A DNA stretch of 64,000 nucleotides, from positions 3,782,001 through 3,846,000 of the forward strand of contig NW_024704767.1 in the NCBI RefSeq assembly GCF_018977255.1, in the 5' to 3' direction. This document shows, piece after piece, positions 39,099 through 50,760 of this stretch. The stretch comes from Callorhinchus milii. Taxonomy: Eukaryota. Numbering within the stretch: position 1 is the stretch's first letter; each line of letters opens with the position of its first letter. Under the pieces are notes generated by a model that ran no database searches, was not told the DNA's origin, and worked only from the letters and a program-made list of their open reading frames with translations. Both the position numbers and the translations under genes were made by a program.

Positions 39099-41336
39099 GC
39101 ACACATTACATTGTTCATATTGCACAATCACTATATTAAAGCAAAAGTATGAGGGTTCACACCAATTTACTTCTGCAAATAAGCTATCCATGTTACTGTA
39201 CTTGATCAAGCCGTGTAGTCCACAGGCAAGGAGATGTAGGCCATAGACATAGATAAACTTGTTATTGCGTTACCTAAAATCTATTTTAGTCATTTACATT
39301 TAAGCAATCTCTGAAGAGGCAGAACGATAAAGCACAGAGACAGACCATTCGGCCCAACTATATACAGTTATAGGAGTTAAAAATATAGTTTTCCATCAAT
39401 CTGCAATACAAAAAAACAGTTGATACTTGTTAAAACAGCTGTAAACTTTTTGTGATATTCACCTTGTCAGTTTCATAAATGTGGAATAGGACAACCAAAT
39501 AAAATTAGTGTGCACGTATGACTATAAAGTAGGAGCATTAATCAAAATGTATTATTGTTGCTTTCAAAAGTAAAAGAAGCAGATTAAGTATTACTGAATT
39601 TCAAACGTGCTACTAAGCCTTCAGTCTAATGGAAAACAGAAGGGTGGTTAGGCAAAGGATGGATGGGAGAAGAGAACTCATTGTCCTCACATGGAAAGAA
39701 GTCAATTTGGCCACCGCATTTGGAAGAGCAAATTCAAGCTGATTATCAATCTAACTGGACATTTCGATACAGCCTCTTGAATAGGCTCAAACTTTAAATG
39801 AGCTATCCTGCCTGTACAGACAATTACTGATCACTGGCATTCTGCTGTCCACAAGACTAGAAGAGAAAAGCAAAATAAAGCTGAGTTTTACAATGAATTT
39901 CTAAACTTGTTTGTGTTTCAATAGTGTGAGTCTGAAAACTCTATAATTGCCTAACGCACAAAGTCTCCTCCACTACACAGGGCTCTAGAGATAGTGCTCC
40001 ATGGCATTCAGGGTGATGGTAGCTATCCATCTCTACAGTGTTTTGCTAGGCTATTAATGCTATTTTTTTGGCTAAGACTAGCAAATCCTTCCCTGCATAT
40101 TTGCAGTGTTATGGACATAAGTTTCATTTGGATTCTGCTGAAAAGAAGGGTGAAACACAGCTGCGATTGCCAGGTTTCAGTTTAATGAAAATGGCTAAAT
40201 GTACTGTAATAAGCGTTTACATCATTTCCACTTCTGGACAAATGGACAAATTAATGTACTATAATTGAGAAAGGGGTGGTTGAAAAGAGAAACTTTCATT
40301 ACTGACAGAAGAGAGAGCAGCTGCTCCTTTTTAAAGAGAAGACCTTGAAAGTGACATGTTTCAACAGCAAATAATATATCATTGAAAATTTTAGGTCTTT
40401 GTACTGTAATTGATGTCAAAGGTAAGGGAAATATAGGGAAATGTTAAGAGCTTATTGCTGTTTCTTATCAGAACAGTAGTGTGGATTGCATTATTTTGGT
40501 AATGATCCTTCTCATAAAGTAACATTTTCTACAATTAAACTACTATTGTAGTCAAAGAGCAGAAACCCTTGACATGAAGGAATCCCTGTTGCAGAAAACA
40601 GTAGATCTGAACAACATTAATGCATCTTGAAGCGATTTTATTTATCTACCTTTTCCATCAGGGGAAGTCAGGTTCAAATTAAAAAGGTGCTCAGAAAATG
40701 TATATATAGGGGACGTGGAATCATTATCAGCTTTTAAAAGGGATCAAAGATATTCAGTGATGACAATCCTGCAGCTGCCTGAATTCACAATGTCTGAAAG
40801 TGAAAGTGTTCCTCTGGCAAATCTAAAGAATAGAATGCGGAATGTAACGGAGTGCACAAGTCCTCCTTATGCATTTGTTGCTTTAAATTACTCCTATAGT
40901 ACAGCCAACCTGCTCATATTTACTGGGACACGCGAATGCCTTACTCAGTGATATGCCTAATACTGGGAAAACACAGACATTGGAAAAGTTCTGCTACCTG
41001 CCAGCAATGCAGAAAAGTTTCCTGAGTGCATAAAATTCTGCAAAAGTACTGAAGCAAAACATGCAACAATTGGACGCTGTACAATGAGAAATGACTTTCC
41101 TTGAGGATGACAGGAAATGTTCACAAGAAACAATTCAAGCACTGAGCAACTATCTCACCATCACATGCGTGTGTGAAGAGCAGAACAATTTGCAGCACAT
41201 CCAAAAGACCTACATTCAGCAACTATTTCAAAGCAATAGTGGCAACAAAAAGCAGTCCAACAGATACATGTGAACCAAGCATCGGATTGTAGCATCTAGC
41301 TGCAATGGCATCACATGGGAACACCAAATCTTTCAA

Positions 41337-41415
41337 AACAACAACAATTTGCATTTATGTAGCGCCCTTCACGTGGGGTAGCATCCCGGAGACCTTAACA
41401 ATGTCTGATGTCCAA
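41337..41415 (-). mobile_element. L2 3' tail
   Basis: (AAC)nTTTGCATTTATGTAGCGCCCTTCACGT. Confidence 0.7.
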
Positions 41416-42718
41416 TCCTTACATGCATGGAACACAGAGCAGGACTTAATAATACAGTCAAAAATATGCCTTTGTCACTTGTAATTTCAGGAAATGAAAA
41501 TCTCTGTGTTTCCTGTGTTGCAGATAGTTTGCTTGGCACAAAGAATCTTTCAATGCCAATTTGCAAAAGTTGTAAAATATGCCTCGTGCATATCATGCTG
41601 AGCAGCAGACAATTCTGCAGACAAGAAGAGCAGGCACATTTGTAGACAATTGTACATAACTAGATTACAAAATGTGTTTGAGATAATTGTATATGATTTA
41701 CCCCAGCACACTTTTTTGTTGATCTGTCCAATTAGTTTCAATGCATTTCAGTTCCCTTTGCACTGAATGGTATTTAGTTGAATGAGTGAAGTATAACATA
41801 TTGTGAAAGATAAAGTATTTTGAGATTTGAAAAGCAGCCTTAGTTCTATTATACCATATTTAATGACTAAATCTTGCAATATGAAAATATATTCTGAACC
41901 AAGCAAGTATGCATGAAATTTTCATGATTAATTTGTGAATCATTTAGCATTTCATATTGTTTAGAAGTGTATAATCTTCACAGTATGGTACTGAACTTTA
42001 TAAATTGTAAGGTGCTTTTGATCAGCCCGATGTCCGACAAATGCCAAAATCTACCACAATGCATAGGTGTCTCCAAACCAAACTAATGAGCATACCACTT
42101 CCATTTATGTACTATCATGAGCGCACTCTCTACCCAAGAGGATATCACTTTGCTTGGTTAACCTCGGAGAATTTAGGTACTGTTTAACTCTCTGCACATG
42201 TAAGGCACTCACCTGATACATCTGCAAGAGTTCACAAATCCATGCCCATTTCACAATTATCTCATGCATTTCTCCACCTAAGCACATTAGATCCTTCTGT
42301 TGTTTTATCCTTTACGTTATCACTGCATTCGATTCATCATACAGTTTCCTGATCTTTATGTACTTCTGAGGGTATCTATCAGGGTCAACTTTAGCCATGT
42401 GCAACCATACCTCAGTTATCAAAAACCTTTCCAAAAATCAAGGATGTCAATCTTTGTTTGGCGCTTTCTCTATGATATTGGGAGGTACACGCAATCCTCT
42501 GGGTTTCAAAACCCCAGCCTGTTCTTACTAATCCTGTTCAGCAGCATGATGCTAAATAACGTTCAGTTCCTAGAAAGGTATTTAACATCATGCCGTTGAA
42601 TTAGATTAGTAAAGCTGCAGTCAAGAGAATGAGTGAAGAATATACTACGTTTAGAAATGAGAGATCATATGCAATGATTGAACCTATGGCACTGCCACAT
42701 CATAGAGATAACTGAGGT

Positions 42719-43095
42719 CAAACAACAACAATGATTACATTTGTATAGTGCCTTTCACGTCGGGAGGACGTCTCAAGGCACTGGACAGAGTATAGCATTT
42801 CAGACCCGAGCTGGGGTCAGGGTGGAAAGAAGGGAGGGGAGGGGAAAGGGGTGGCTGATGACATGATCGAAGTGGAGGGTCTTGAGACGGGACGTGAAGG
42901 AGGATAAGGAGGAGGTGAGGCAGAGTGACTGGGGGATGGAATTCCAGAGGTTGGGGGCAGAGTGGCTGAAGGCTCTCCCTCCAATGGTGAGGAGGGTGGG
43001 TCGGAGGACGTGGAGCAGGCCAGAGCCGGCTGAGCAGAAGGAACAAGCGGGTTGGTAGGGGGTTAGGAGGTCACAGAGGTAGGGTGGGGCGAGGC
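42719..43095 (-). mobile_element. L2 LINE 3' end: ORF2 C-terminus, 3' UTR and (TTG)n tail
   Basis: ORF 42800..43153 contains LAPPYLCDLL..Y.P...GGRAFSHSAPNLWNSIP...SLSSFTSRLKTLHFD, the typical L2-clade ORF2 end. GC-rich, with tail GACGTCCTCCCGACGTGAAAGG. Confidence 0.9.
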
Positions 43096-43203
43096 AAAGA
43101 CAGAAGACAGCTTCACAGTTAACTTTTAAAATACATTGACCAAAAAAAATCATTATACATTTTCATTATGCAAAATTAATTTGGACAACGCAACCTTATT
43201 TGA

Positions 43204-43319
43204 CGCGTTTCGCCCACAAAAATACAGTCAATTCACTTTACAGTATATTCTGTGAAGCGCTTTGAGACTTCTCGAAGACGTGATAAGGGGCTATATCAAA
43301 TGCAAGGATTATTATTATT
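43204..43319 (+). mobile_element. Young-type SINE 3' ~116 bp
   Basis: CGCGTTTCGCCCACAAAAATACAGTC...ATCAAATGCAAGGATTATTATTATT. Confidence 0.9.
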
Positions 43320-43332
43320 CATTAACCAATGA

Positions 43333-43409
43333 AGGAAGTTTCTCCCGGTGCCCTGGCCAGCAATCTTCCAGGTTAAATTGTTCATTCTTCATGGCTGTTG
43401 TGGGACATG
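43333..43409 (+). mobile_element. Older Deu-SINE internal fragment
   Basis: GTTTCTCCCGGTGCCCTGGCCA..ATGGCTGTTGTGGGACAT. Confidence 0.65.
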
Positions 43410-43770
43410 TTTAAGTGAAGTGAAAATATATCTGGAATCTAAATGTACTGAACGCTCTATTAAGTTGTGCAGCTAAGTTATTACACAAGGGATCCTAAAC
43501 TGTCCCCAAGAAATGATCATGATTATAGTGACTTTGGGAGTGATTTTCTGTCTGGCAGTCAATGTTTACAGAGACAGAGATATTGTCAAGGAATTATCCA
43601 TAATCCTTTTCATTGGTTATTAATTATATAATTAACGATTGAAAATCCCTCTACACGCACGTTTACCCATGGTTAACACAACCCGCATATTAGACCCCAA
43701 TTAAGGATATTAAGCTCTCCAGATGCCTTCCGGTTAAAGGACACTTCGTATTACTTATTACTTAGCTCTA

Positions 43771-43925
43771 AGCCACGCTACCAGAAGATTGCAGGTTCAA
43801 ATACTGTACTGAGTAAGCTGATCACAGCCAGGGCACAAATTAGGGCACTGAGCCATGAGCTCCAAGAAGGAGGAAAAAAAAATCAGCCTGCTTCTAATAA
43901 CTAGCCAGTGACCACTGCTGGAAGG
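43771..43925 (+). mobile_element. LF-SINE-like fragment
   Basis: GGTTCAA..TGTACTGAGTAAGCTGATCACAGCCAGGGC..AAAAATCAGCC..CCAGTGACCACTGCTGGAA matches the recalled LF-SINE consensus order. Confidence 0.65.
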
Positions 43926-44236
43926 CAGCAGAATTGTGCAATGCTCCACAAGATGGAATAGCTTGTTCCCTTTTAGAATTATTCAGAGTCCAGGTTTTCA
44001 CAGAAGATGTATGTCACGGATGATTTTGGTCAGAGTAATGTATATATGGGAAGATTATGAGCACCACAAAACCATCTTCGGATGGGGCAGGGGGGAAATT
44101 AACTTGAAAGAGAATAGTTGATGAAGCAGATGTCAATTTTTTTCTTTTTTTTAAGAGGTAAGGGAGCCTGCATAATTAATTAAAACAACCTCTTCAATAA
44201 AAAAACTGGAGAAATCTTCTCATCACTAAACAAGTG

Positions 44237-44348
44237 AATAATAATCCATACATTTGATACAGCGTCTTTCACATCGGGAGGAGCCAGTCTCAAAGCGCTT
44301 CACAGGTTTTACTGTAAAGTGTAGTGACTCATATTTTGTAGGCCAACA
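44237..44348 (-). mobile_element. SINE 3' ~110 bp
   Basis: CATTTGATACAGCGTCTTTCACATCGGGAGG..AAAGCGCTTCACAGG. Confidence 0.8.
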
Positions 44349-45677
44349 TTTCTCCCAAGATGTTTACCTTCAGTCCCATTTAGTATTTTTTTTTCGCAAA
44401 GCAATCCTAGTGCCTAGTATCAGTTGAGGAAGATGTAATTGTACCTCTTTTATTTGTAACTTTTCAGTTTAAACATAGCCCACATTACTCCAGTATTCTT
44501 AGAGAGAGAGAGAAAACAGTCATAAAACTCAGTATGGGTTCAGACAGTTTGTTTAAAACTCCCTTGGATTCCTGAAAAACCAAAAGATACAGCATGAATT
44601 TGTCAGCTAGAATATCGTCAATTTGTTCCCTCAGTATGCAACTTCTGGACAGTAATTCTCAATGGCACTTGATTGAAAGCATTTGCAGTAATTTCCCTCC
44701 TGCTTGTCCACTAAATCCAAAGGAATGAGCGAAGGCTGATATGTGGCTATTAACCCATTGCAGTCAGCGGTGGAGGGCTTTCAAAATGTTTGTACCTGAT
44801 TCAGAGAGCGTGAACGATTTTAGAGATTTGGAATCAGCATGTGGTTGTACATATCACTTTGCAATCATAACTGTTTTCTTTGGCGTTACAAAGTAAATGT
44901 GACCCAGAGAGGCAGTTACAGTAGGAAACCCTGTCCATGAACCCCCCCCCCCCACTAATCCCAAGATGCCCTTATGCCATATGGTATGCATTTAATGTGT
45001 GAATTAGGCCTATACACCAATTATCATATTATATAAACACAGGTGAGATAGATTTTAGCTCAAGATCAGTTGGTTTTGTAAGAAAAAAACCCTTCCTAAA
45101 GCTTTATGGTGCATAAAATGTCACATTTGTTGCATTTTCAGGCCTTCACTTTCAGGCAATTTATGGTAAAAAAAAAGGCACATCTGGTCTTAAAACCTAT
45201 CATCTTGGGCTTGCTGTGCTAATATCAGACAGGAAATAGCAATCTAAAGGCTGAGGGGGTAAATGGCTGCCTCTGTGGTCTGTAATTGGTTCTTTCTGGC
45301 TTGTGAAGAATGGCAAAAGGGGCAAAAGGTGGGAGACAGTTTAATAAAAACCACATGGCCATCAGCAAGCTCGTGACAGGCTATAAATGTGCTCCACTTA
45401 CCATTCAGCAAAATAGGGATCTTGAGTTTTAATAGACTGTACAAAGGAAATTCTTCATTTAAGAGGCGGTATTAATTTTGAATGCTATTTTGCATTGTTG
45501 AGCTATTATGGGAAAGAAAAAAATCACTATTCTGGAGATTTGATTTGTAAAGAAAAGAACCACAATAAACTTAATTGCTGCCATTTACACAAAATCCTTT
45601 AAAATCATGTGTTATTTACATTTTGTAAACCACAGATGCTTTGTGGTATACATATACTGGAAATGTCCCTGCATCGG

Positions 45678-45943
45678 GACTTTGAACCATTGTTCACTCT
45701 GACACTCAGTGTCCTGCTGGAGGCATTTGGAAGAGATGTTAAACTGAGGGCTGGCCTGCTCAGGTGGACGTTTAAGAACCTGTGGCACTATTCAAAAAGT
45801 GAAAGGGGTTTCTGATAATCTTCTGACCAACAATCCCCCAAATAAAATTGATTGTTCACTTCATGGCTGTTTGTTGGACATTGCTGCGCGCAAATCGACA
45901 GCCACATTTGCACACAAATGCAGAGTCACAATACTTCACAGTA
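45678..45943 (+). mobile_element. Older Deu-SINE body
   Basis: GAGATGTTAAACTGAGG..CTCAGGTGGACGT..TGGCACTATT..GGCTGTTTGTTGGACATTGCTGCGCGCAAAT. Confidence 0.8.
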
Positions 45944-45969
45944 ACAAAAATGTAGTGATTCACTTTGAG

Positions 45970-46075
45970 ATGGTTAAAGAGAAACTGGTTGGAGCAAAAA
46001 GCTTCAATGTATTTAAGAGAAAACTTGATATGGACATTACGGAAAGGGAATAGAGGGGTTTAAGAGAGGGCATTA
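45970..46075 (+). mobile_element. CR1 ORF2 C-terminal fragment
   Basis: EKLVGAKSFNVFKRKLDM matches the CR1 VVEA.S...FK..LD motif. Confidence 0.65.
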
Positions 46076-47118
46076 ATAGGGTGTGGAGTACAAATACCAG
46101 CAAACTGAATGTTCTGATTCCATATCGTATCACTGTACATAACCAGATTATTTTAGATTGTTTGAGCAACAGTGCCATTGATTTTCAATTTCTCATCAAA
46201 GTAAGCATCAATCTGCCTGCTGACTTTCTCATGCGGTTTTATACCAAGAAAATACATGCAGTGTTCAGACACAGCAGAATAAGAAACAGAATCGGGGCAA
46301 TTTTCCACTCATAGGGGTTAATGTGCAGACCATGGTAGGTAAGATTTCCCTATAAACTGCCCTGCTAAGGTTTGTAAACTTAGGGACCAGTCAAAAATAA
46401 TAATTCTCACCTAATCAATAACTTGCAATTCACCTCTCCAGCCTGTGCCAAGACGTTCACTATAATTCATGCTTCCAAGGGCCATATATATACATAACTC
46501 TAAGCCCTCCATTTGGAGGAAACTTTTTTCTTTCACATCAAACACATCTTGCATGACAGTGGTCAATATTATGGATTAAACACTTCTCTCAGTGCGCTAT
46601 TGAAAGTCCCAAACAAAGGTGATTATATTTATTTTATACCCATGCAGCATATTTATTGCAAATAATTCTTATTATCACAGAGTACTGTACATGAGTTCAT
46701 ATCCTTCAAGGGTCAAAGCTCAAGACACAGAATTATTTAGCTGTACATTGCTGTGCTCAATATCTTAGCAAGACATTGACCCATCATGTTGACAGCACTG
46801 AACCACCCTTGCTAAATCAATATTGAAGTGTTAATAGGTAATGAGTAATGACTGTTTTCAATGAGAAATAGAGTAATTATGTTATAGCTTGTTTCTCTCT
46901 TTCTTTCTAATATTGGTGAAACTGGATTAACATCAGGAAATTCTGCCCATAGCATTACAAAACAGAGATTGATTCGAAGGCAGGCTCTATAATATTCAAA
47001 ATCTTAACCGACACAAAACTATTTTATCAACCGAAATCATACAATATCAAATTATTGAATACATAGAAGTGCAGTGTACAGTGTACAATGAGATGATACT
47101 CTGGAGCTGTATGGACAT

Positions 47119-47180
47119 ACAATAACAAAATTACATGTGTATAGTGCCTTTCATGTCGAGAGGATGTCCCAAGGTGCTGG
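47119..47180 (-). mobile_element. L2 3' tail
   Basis: TTACATGTGTATAGTGCCTTTCATGTCGAGAGGATGTCCCAAGGTGCT. Confidence 0.7.
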
Positions 47181-47329
47181 GAACCCAAGACATGGGTTCA
47201 ACTCCCATGGCATTAAGTCCCTGATCTGTTATGTACATATGCTGAGCAGAAGCTAACTGATATTTCTTCACATTGAGGAATATAGATGAAGGAGAAGGAG
47301 ATGGGGAAAGATTGAATCATCTCAAGGTC

Positions 47330-47545
47330 ATTCTCATGTTCCTCTTACTATTTGCTTCAGGACTCGATTGATGCTCCTTTTGTAGCTTCTTTGCTATCTA
47401 TCCAGTCAACCATTTTTGTCCTTTGACTTTCATCTTCTACTGCTGTCACCATGATTTATCATTTGAGTAGTGTTGAAAGTTTTCTTCTCTTTCAGAGTCA
47501 CATGATCACAAGACCTAGCCAATTCCTCTGGACCTCTGCCCTTCT
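47330..47545 (-). mobile_element. Possible RTE-clade LINE C-terminal remnant
   Basis: Frameshifted QRNWLGLV....I.GDSSRR..KWLTG resembles the RTE/BovB end (WLGHV..GK.EG.RRRGR..WLDGI). Confidence 0.35.
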
Positions 47546-48285
47546 CATCCTGTGATTATGGTACAAGGGAGTTTTTTTTGCATCACTGAAGCTATTTATA
47601 TCAAGCCCGTTGTACAGTAAACTGAGTTTCATAAGTTATTGATACCTTTGCAAACAGAAGCAACCACTTTTGGTGACATTTCCTGTCCACTGGTTTATTT
47701 ACTGACTTTCATGAATAAAAAGTTAATTTATCCCAACTTTCAGACCACAGTGAATTAATATTTAGTGAATGATCAGCCTAAGTCCTCAAATATTTTTTTT
47801 GCAGATTCATTTATTAGAAATCAAGAATCTAGCCGATGTTAAATTGGTTACTTTACAACAAGTTTACTTAAACTCATTCCAGGTATAAGACAGTACTGAG
47901 GGTACAATTGACAAATATTGACAAATGTATCAATGGCAAGTTATATACTTGGTGAACATTAATTCCTAGAAATAAATACATTTTACTTTAATTCCCACAG
48001 ATAAATCTTGTTCTTGTCTTGACATTAACTAATATACTTCTTTGTGCACTCTCATTATGACTCAAAAAATACTGTTTCATTCTGCAAGAACACATTTTAC
48101 TGATATCATTTACAACAGATTTGATCTTACAAACATGCAAACTGTGAAAAAAAAGGTTTGAACTCTGGGATGAGATTACATTTGACATCTTAAAGCTAAT
48201 TCTCGTCATAATTGTCCTTCTCTGTTGGGTTCTTTGCAATAACACACAATTTCATGATAAAGAAACTGAGAAGTAGACTAACTCT

Positions 48286-48609
48286 ATAATAATAATAATA
48301 ATCCTTGCATTTGATATAGCGCTTTTCACGTCAGGAGGACGTCCCAAAGCGCTTCACAGAACACACTGTAAAGTGAATTGACTGTATATTTGTGGGCGAA
48401 CGCGGCAGCCAATTGCGCACAGCAATGTCCCACAAACAGTCGCAGATTGAAAATGACCAATGTATTATTGTTTTGGGTTTTTGGAGGGATTATTATTAGG
48501 CTCTGTGTGGAGTAAGGAAACTTGCCCAAGGTTTCGCCCTCTGCCTGGAATTGAACTCAGGTCTCTCGCTTGCAAAGCGAGTGCTCTAACCACTGAGCTA
48601 CAGGACTCT
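48286..48609 (-). mobile_element. Near full-length young tRNA-Ala-derived SINE (probably the elephant-shark SINE2-1_CM-like family)
   Basis: A box TAGCTCAGTGG, anticodon arm CTCGC-TTTGCAA-GCGAG, B box GTTCAATTCC, Deu-SINE 3' body, L2-type stem-loop and (ATT)n tail. CpGs are retained. Confidence 0.9.
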
Positions 48610-48644
48610 TTAAACTGGATGGAGATAATCAAACACTCCATGGG

Positions 48645-48712
48645 ATAATAATAATAATAATAAAATAATAATAATAATCCTTGCATTTGATATAGCGCCT
48701 TATCACATCTTT
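48645..48712 (-). mobile_element. Young SINE tail only
   Basis: (AAT)nCCTTGCATTTGATATAGCGCCTTATCACATCTT. Confidence 0.85.
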
Positions 48713-49194
48713 GATAAGATGAGATGGATGAGATGGTCCTGACACACCAGGGGAAAGCCATCTATGCAACACAAATCAGGTTGGAATAACAGTAAAATGA
48801 GGGCCAGTTGTATACAACTCAGGTATGTACATAGCCAGTTGCTTGCAAAGACTTTGGTATCATTGCCTTGTGTTTCTAGGTCACTGCATTAATTTGTGCA
48901 TGTCTCATTCCTTACTTGTGTCCGTCCCTCTCACCTGACCTCCTACTAGCGATGTATTCATACATTACACAAAAAGACACCAGTATTCACTCATCTCCTA
49001 AACACAGTTACAGGATTACTAGAATCTTGGAAAGAGACACATAATCAGGGAACCAGTGACATGGAATATGGGCATAGATGCACATTATCTTTGTATAAAA
49101 TAAAAAAAGTCAATGACTGAACATGTAAATGCCAGCTGTGTATTTTGGGGGGGAAATTATATATACATTACAAATAACTCACCTTCATTTTATA

Positions 49195-49298
49195 TCTCCC
49201 CCTCTCTCTCCCCCTGGCTCGGGGTCAGACTCCATCACTATTAAGTGCTCCAGGACATTACACGTGAAGGGCGCTATATAAATGCAAGTTGTTGTTGT
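49195..49298 (+). mobile_element. L2 3' end
   Basis: Pyrimidine tract, GGCTCGGGGTC, ACGTGAAGGGCGCTATATAAATGCAAGTTGTTGTTG. Confidence 0.75.
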
Positions 49299-49344
49299 AT
49301 ATCCATCAAGTCTGCTGAATATAAAATCAATAGATATGATACTT

Positions 49345-49630
49345 CACTGTAGTGATGGAGGAGAACTGCATTGTCGGAGAACGGATGAGACATTAAACCA
49401 AGGTCCCATCTATATTCAAGTTAGATTTAAAAGATGTAATGAAACTATTGAGAAAAAGAGAAGTGGTGTCTTGGCCAACAAAAAAAAATAAAAATTAAAA
49501 GTAATTGTTAATTCAGTGTAGGATATTGACATGTACAAAATGGCTGCCAAATTTGTCTGCAAATAAAGTTACTACAGCAAATCTCTCTCATGAATAATTT
49601 CAACATTATAGGCACTGTATCAAATGTTAG
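49345..49630 (+). mobile_element. Older Deu-SINE
   Basis: CTGCATTGTCGGAG..GGATGAGACATTAAACCAAGGTCCCATCT..GGTGTCTTGGCCAACA..AAATGGCTGCC. Confidence 0.75.
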
Positions 49631-50655
49631 TATATAAAATTGCAAGGTTCATCAAACGCTTAACTGTGAGTTTCACAAGAATCAGATATTGTATTTTTTT
49701 CAAGGATTGTGTCCTTCAGATCAGATAATATCTCTATGCACTTTCCAAAGACGGGGTCAGACAAATGAAGAGATGGTGCGAGAGTGATGGAGAATTAGTC
49801 AATGGCTTTGTGTTTTAAACAAATAAACAAATCCTTGATGTTGACGCACTTTAAACAAAGAGTTCCAAGAGGATGAAAGAGTTGTTTTTTGCCATGTCCT
49901 TCACATTGTTTGATAAACAGTTTTTGCAAACAGGTTAAGCTTAACATAAAAGCTTTTCCTGTTCTCTGGTTCAGTAATGGAGTTGAATTAGCTCAAAAAC
50001 ATGTGTAATAATAGAGGTTTGGTATCAAAAGAGGTAAAGGGACTTCAAACAGCAGCAAAAGTTTCATGTCAGAGCAGTACTCAAGGACTGCAGCTCAGCT
50101 TTTAGTCCAGTCACTTTGAAGGGCTGAATGGGAACAAACAAGCATCATCACAGATGAACTCTGTAGCCAAAGTTACATGCAGCTAAGATAAAAAGAAACC
50201 TGCTTTGACTCTGGTAAGATATAAAAAGGGAATGGTACCTCAGTACTCATTACCCATGCCCACAAGGTGCTTCAGAGATCGATGTTATTAATGGCAACAC
50301 AGACTTCAAGACCACAAGAGAAACCTCTTTATAAACATATCCTGAGTAAGTGTACTTCAGAGAGTGCTATGTACCCTTGTATCCTTAGAGTGCAGGTCTC
50401 AAGGTAGCAGGCTGGAGATGCATGGTAAAAGTTGTTAATTGGTTCAAAGGTCAAGTGATGAAGCTAATTTATTTTTGATCCACGGCTGTTATCCAGAATG
50501 AAAGAGTACTAGAGGTACCGGAGTTGGGAACCAAACGCAAGATACATGAACTTTGCTCACAGCCTTATTTTGTCATCGGCAGAACAATTGAAAAATAATG
50601 TTTCAACAAAAGAAATAATTGATATTCTGAAGTACAATGAATCAGTCTGTCTAGC

Positions 50656-50760
50656 ATGCTAGCTGATCCCCTGGCTCATCCTGTTTCCACAGCTCCTGTC
50701 AACTGCTTCATCTCTTCTGAGTGGAAACCAGCAAATATTGTACCTCTCCACCAAAAGGCA
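50656..50760 (+). mobile_element. LINE reverse-transcriptase N-terminal fragment (CR1/L2 group)
   Basis: LADPLAH...SEWKPANIVPLHQK matches L-A-x-P-L...W-K-x-A-N-I-V-P-L-H-K-K. Confidence 0.7.

Noticed and set aside
48536-48607. Functional tRNA-Ala(TGC) gene
   Set aside because: Acceptor and T stems pair poorly, and the sequence runs directly into a SINE body and tail.
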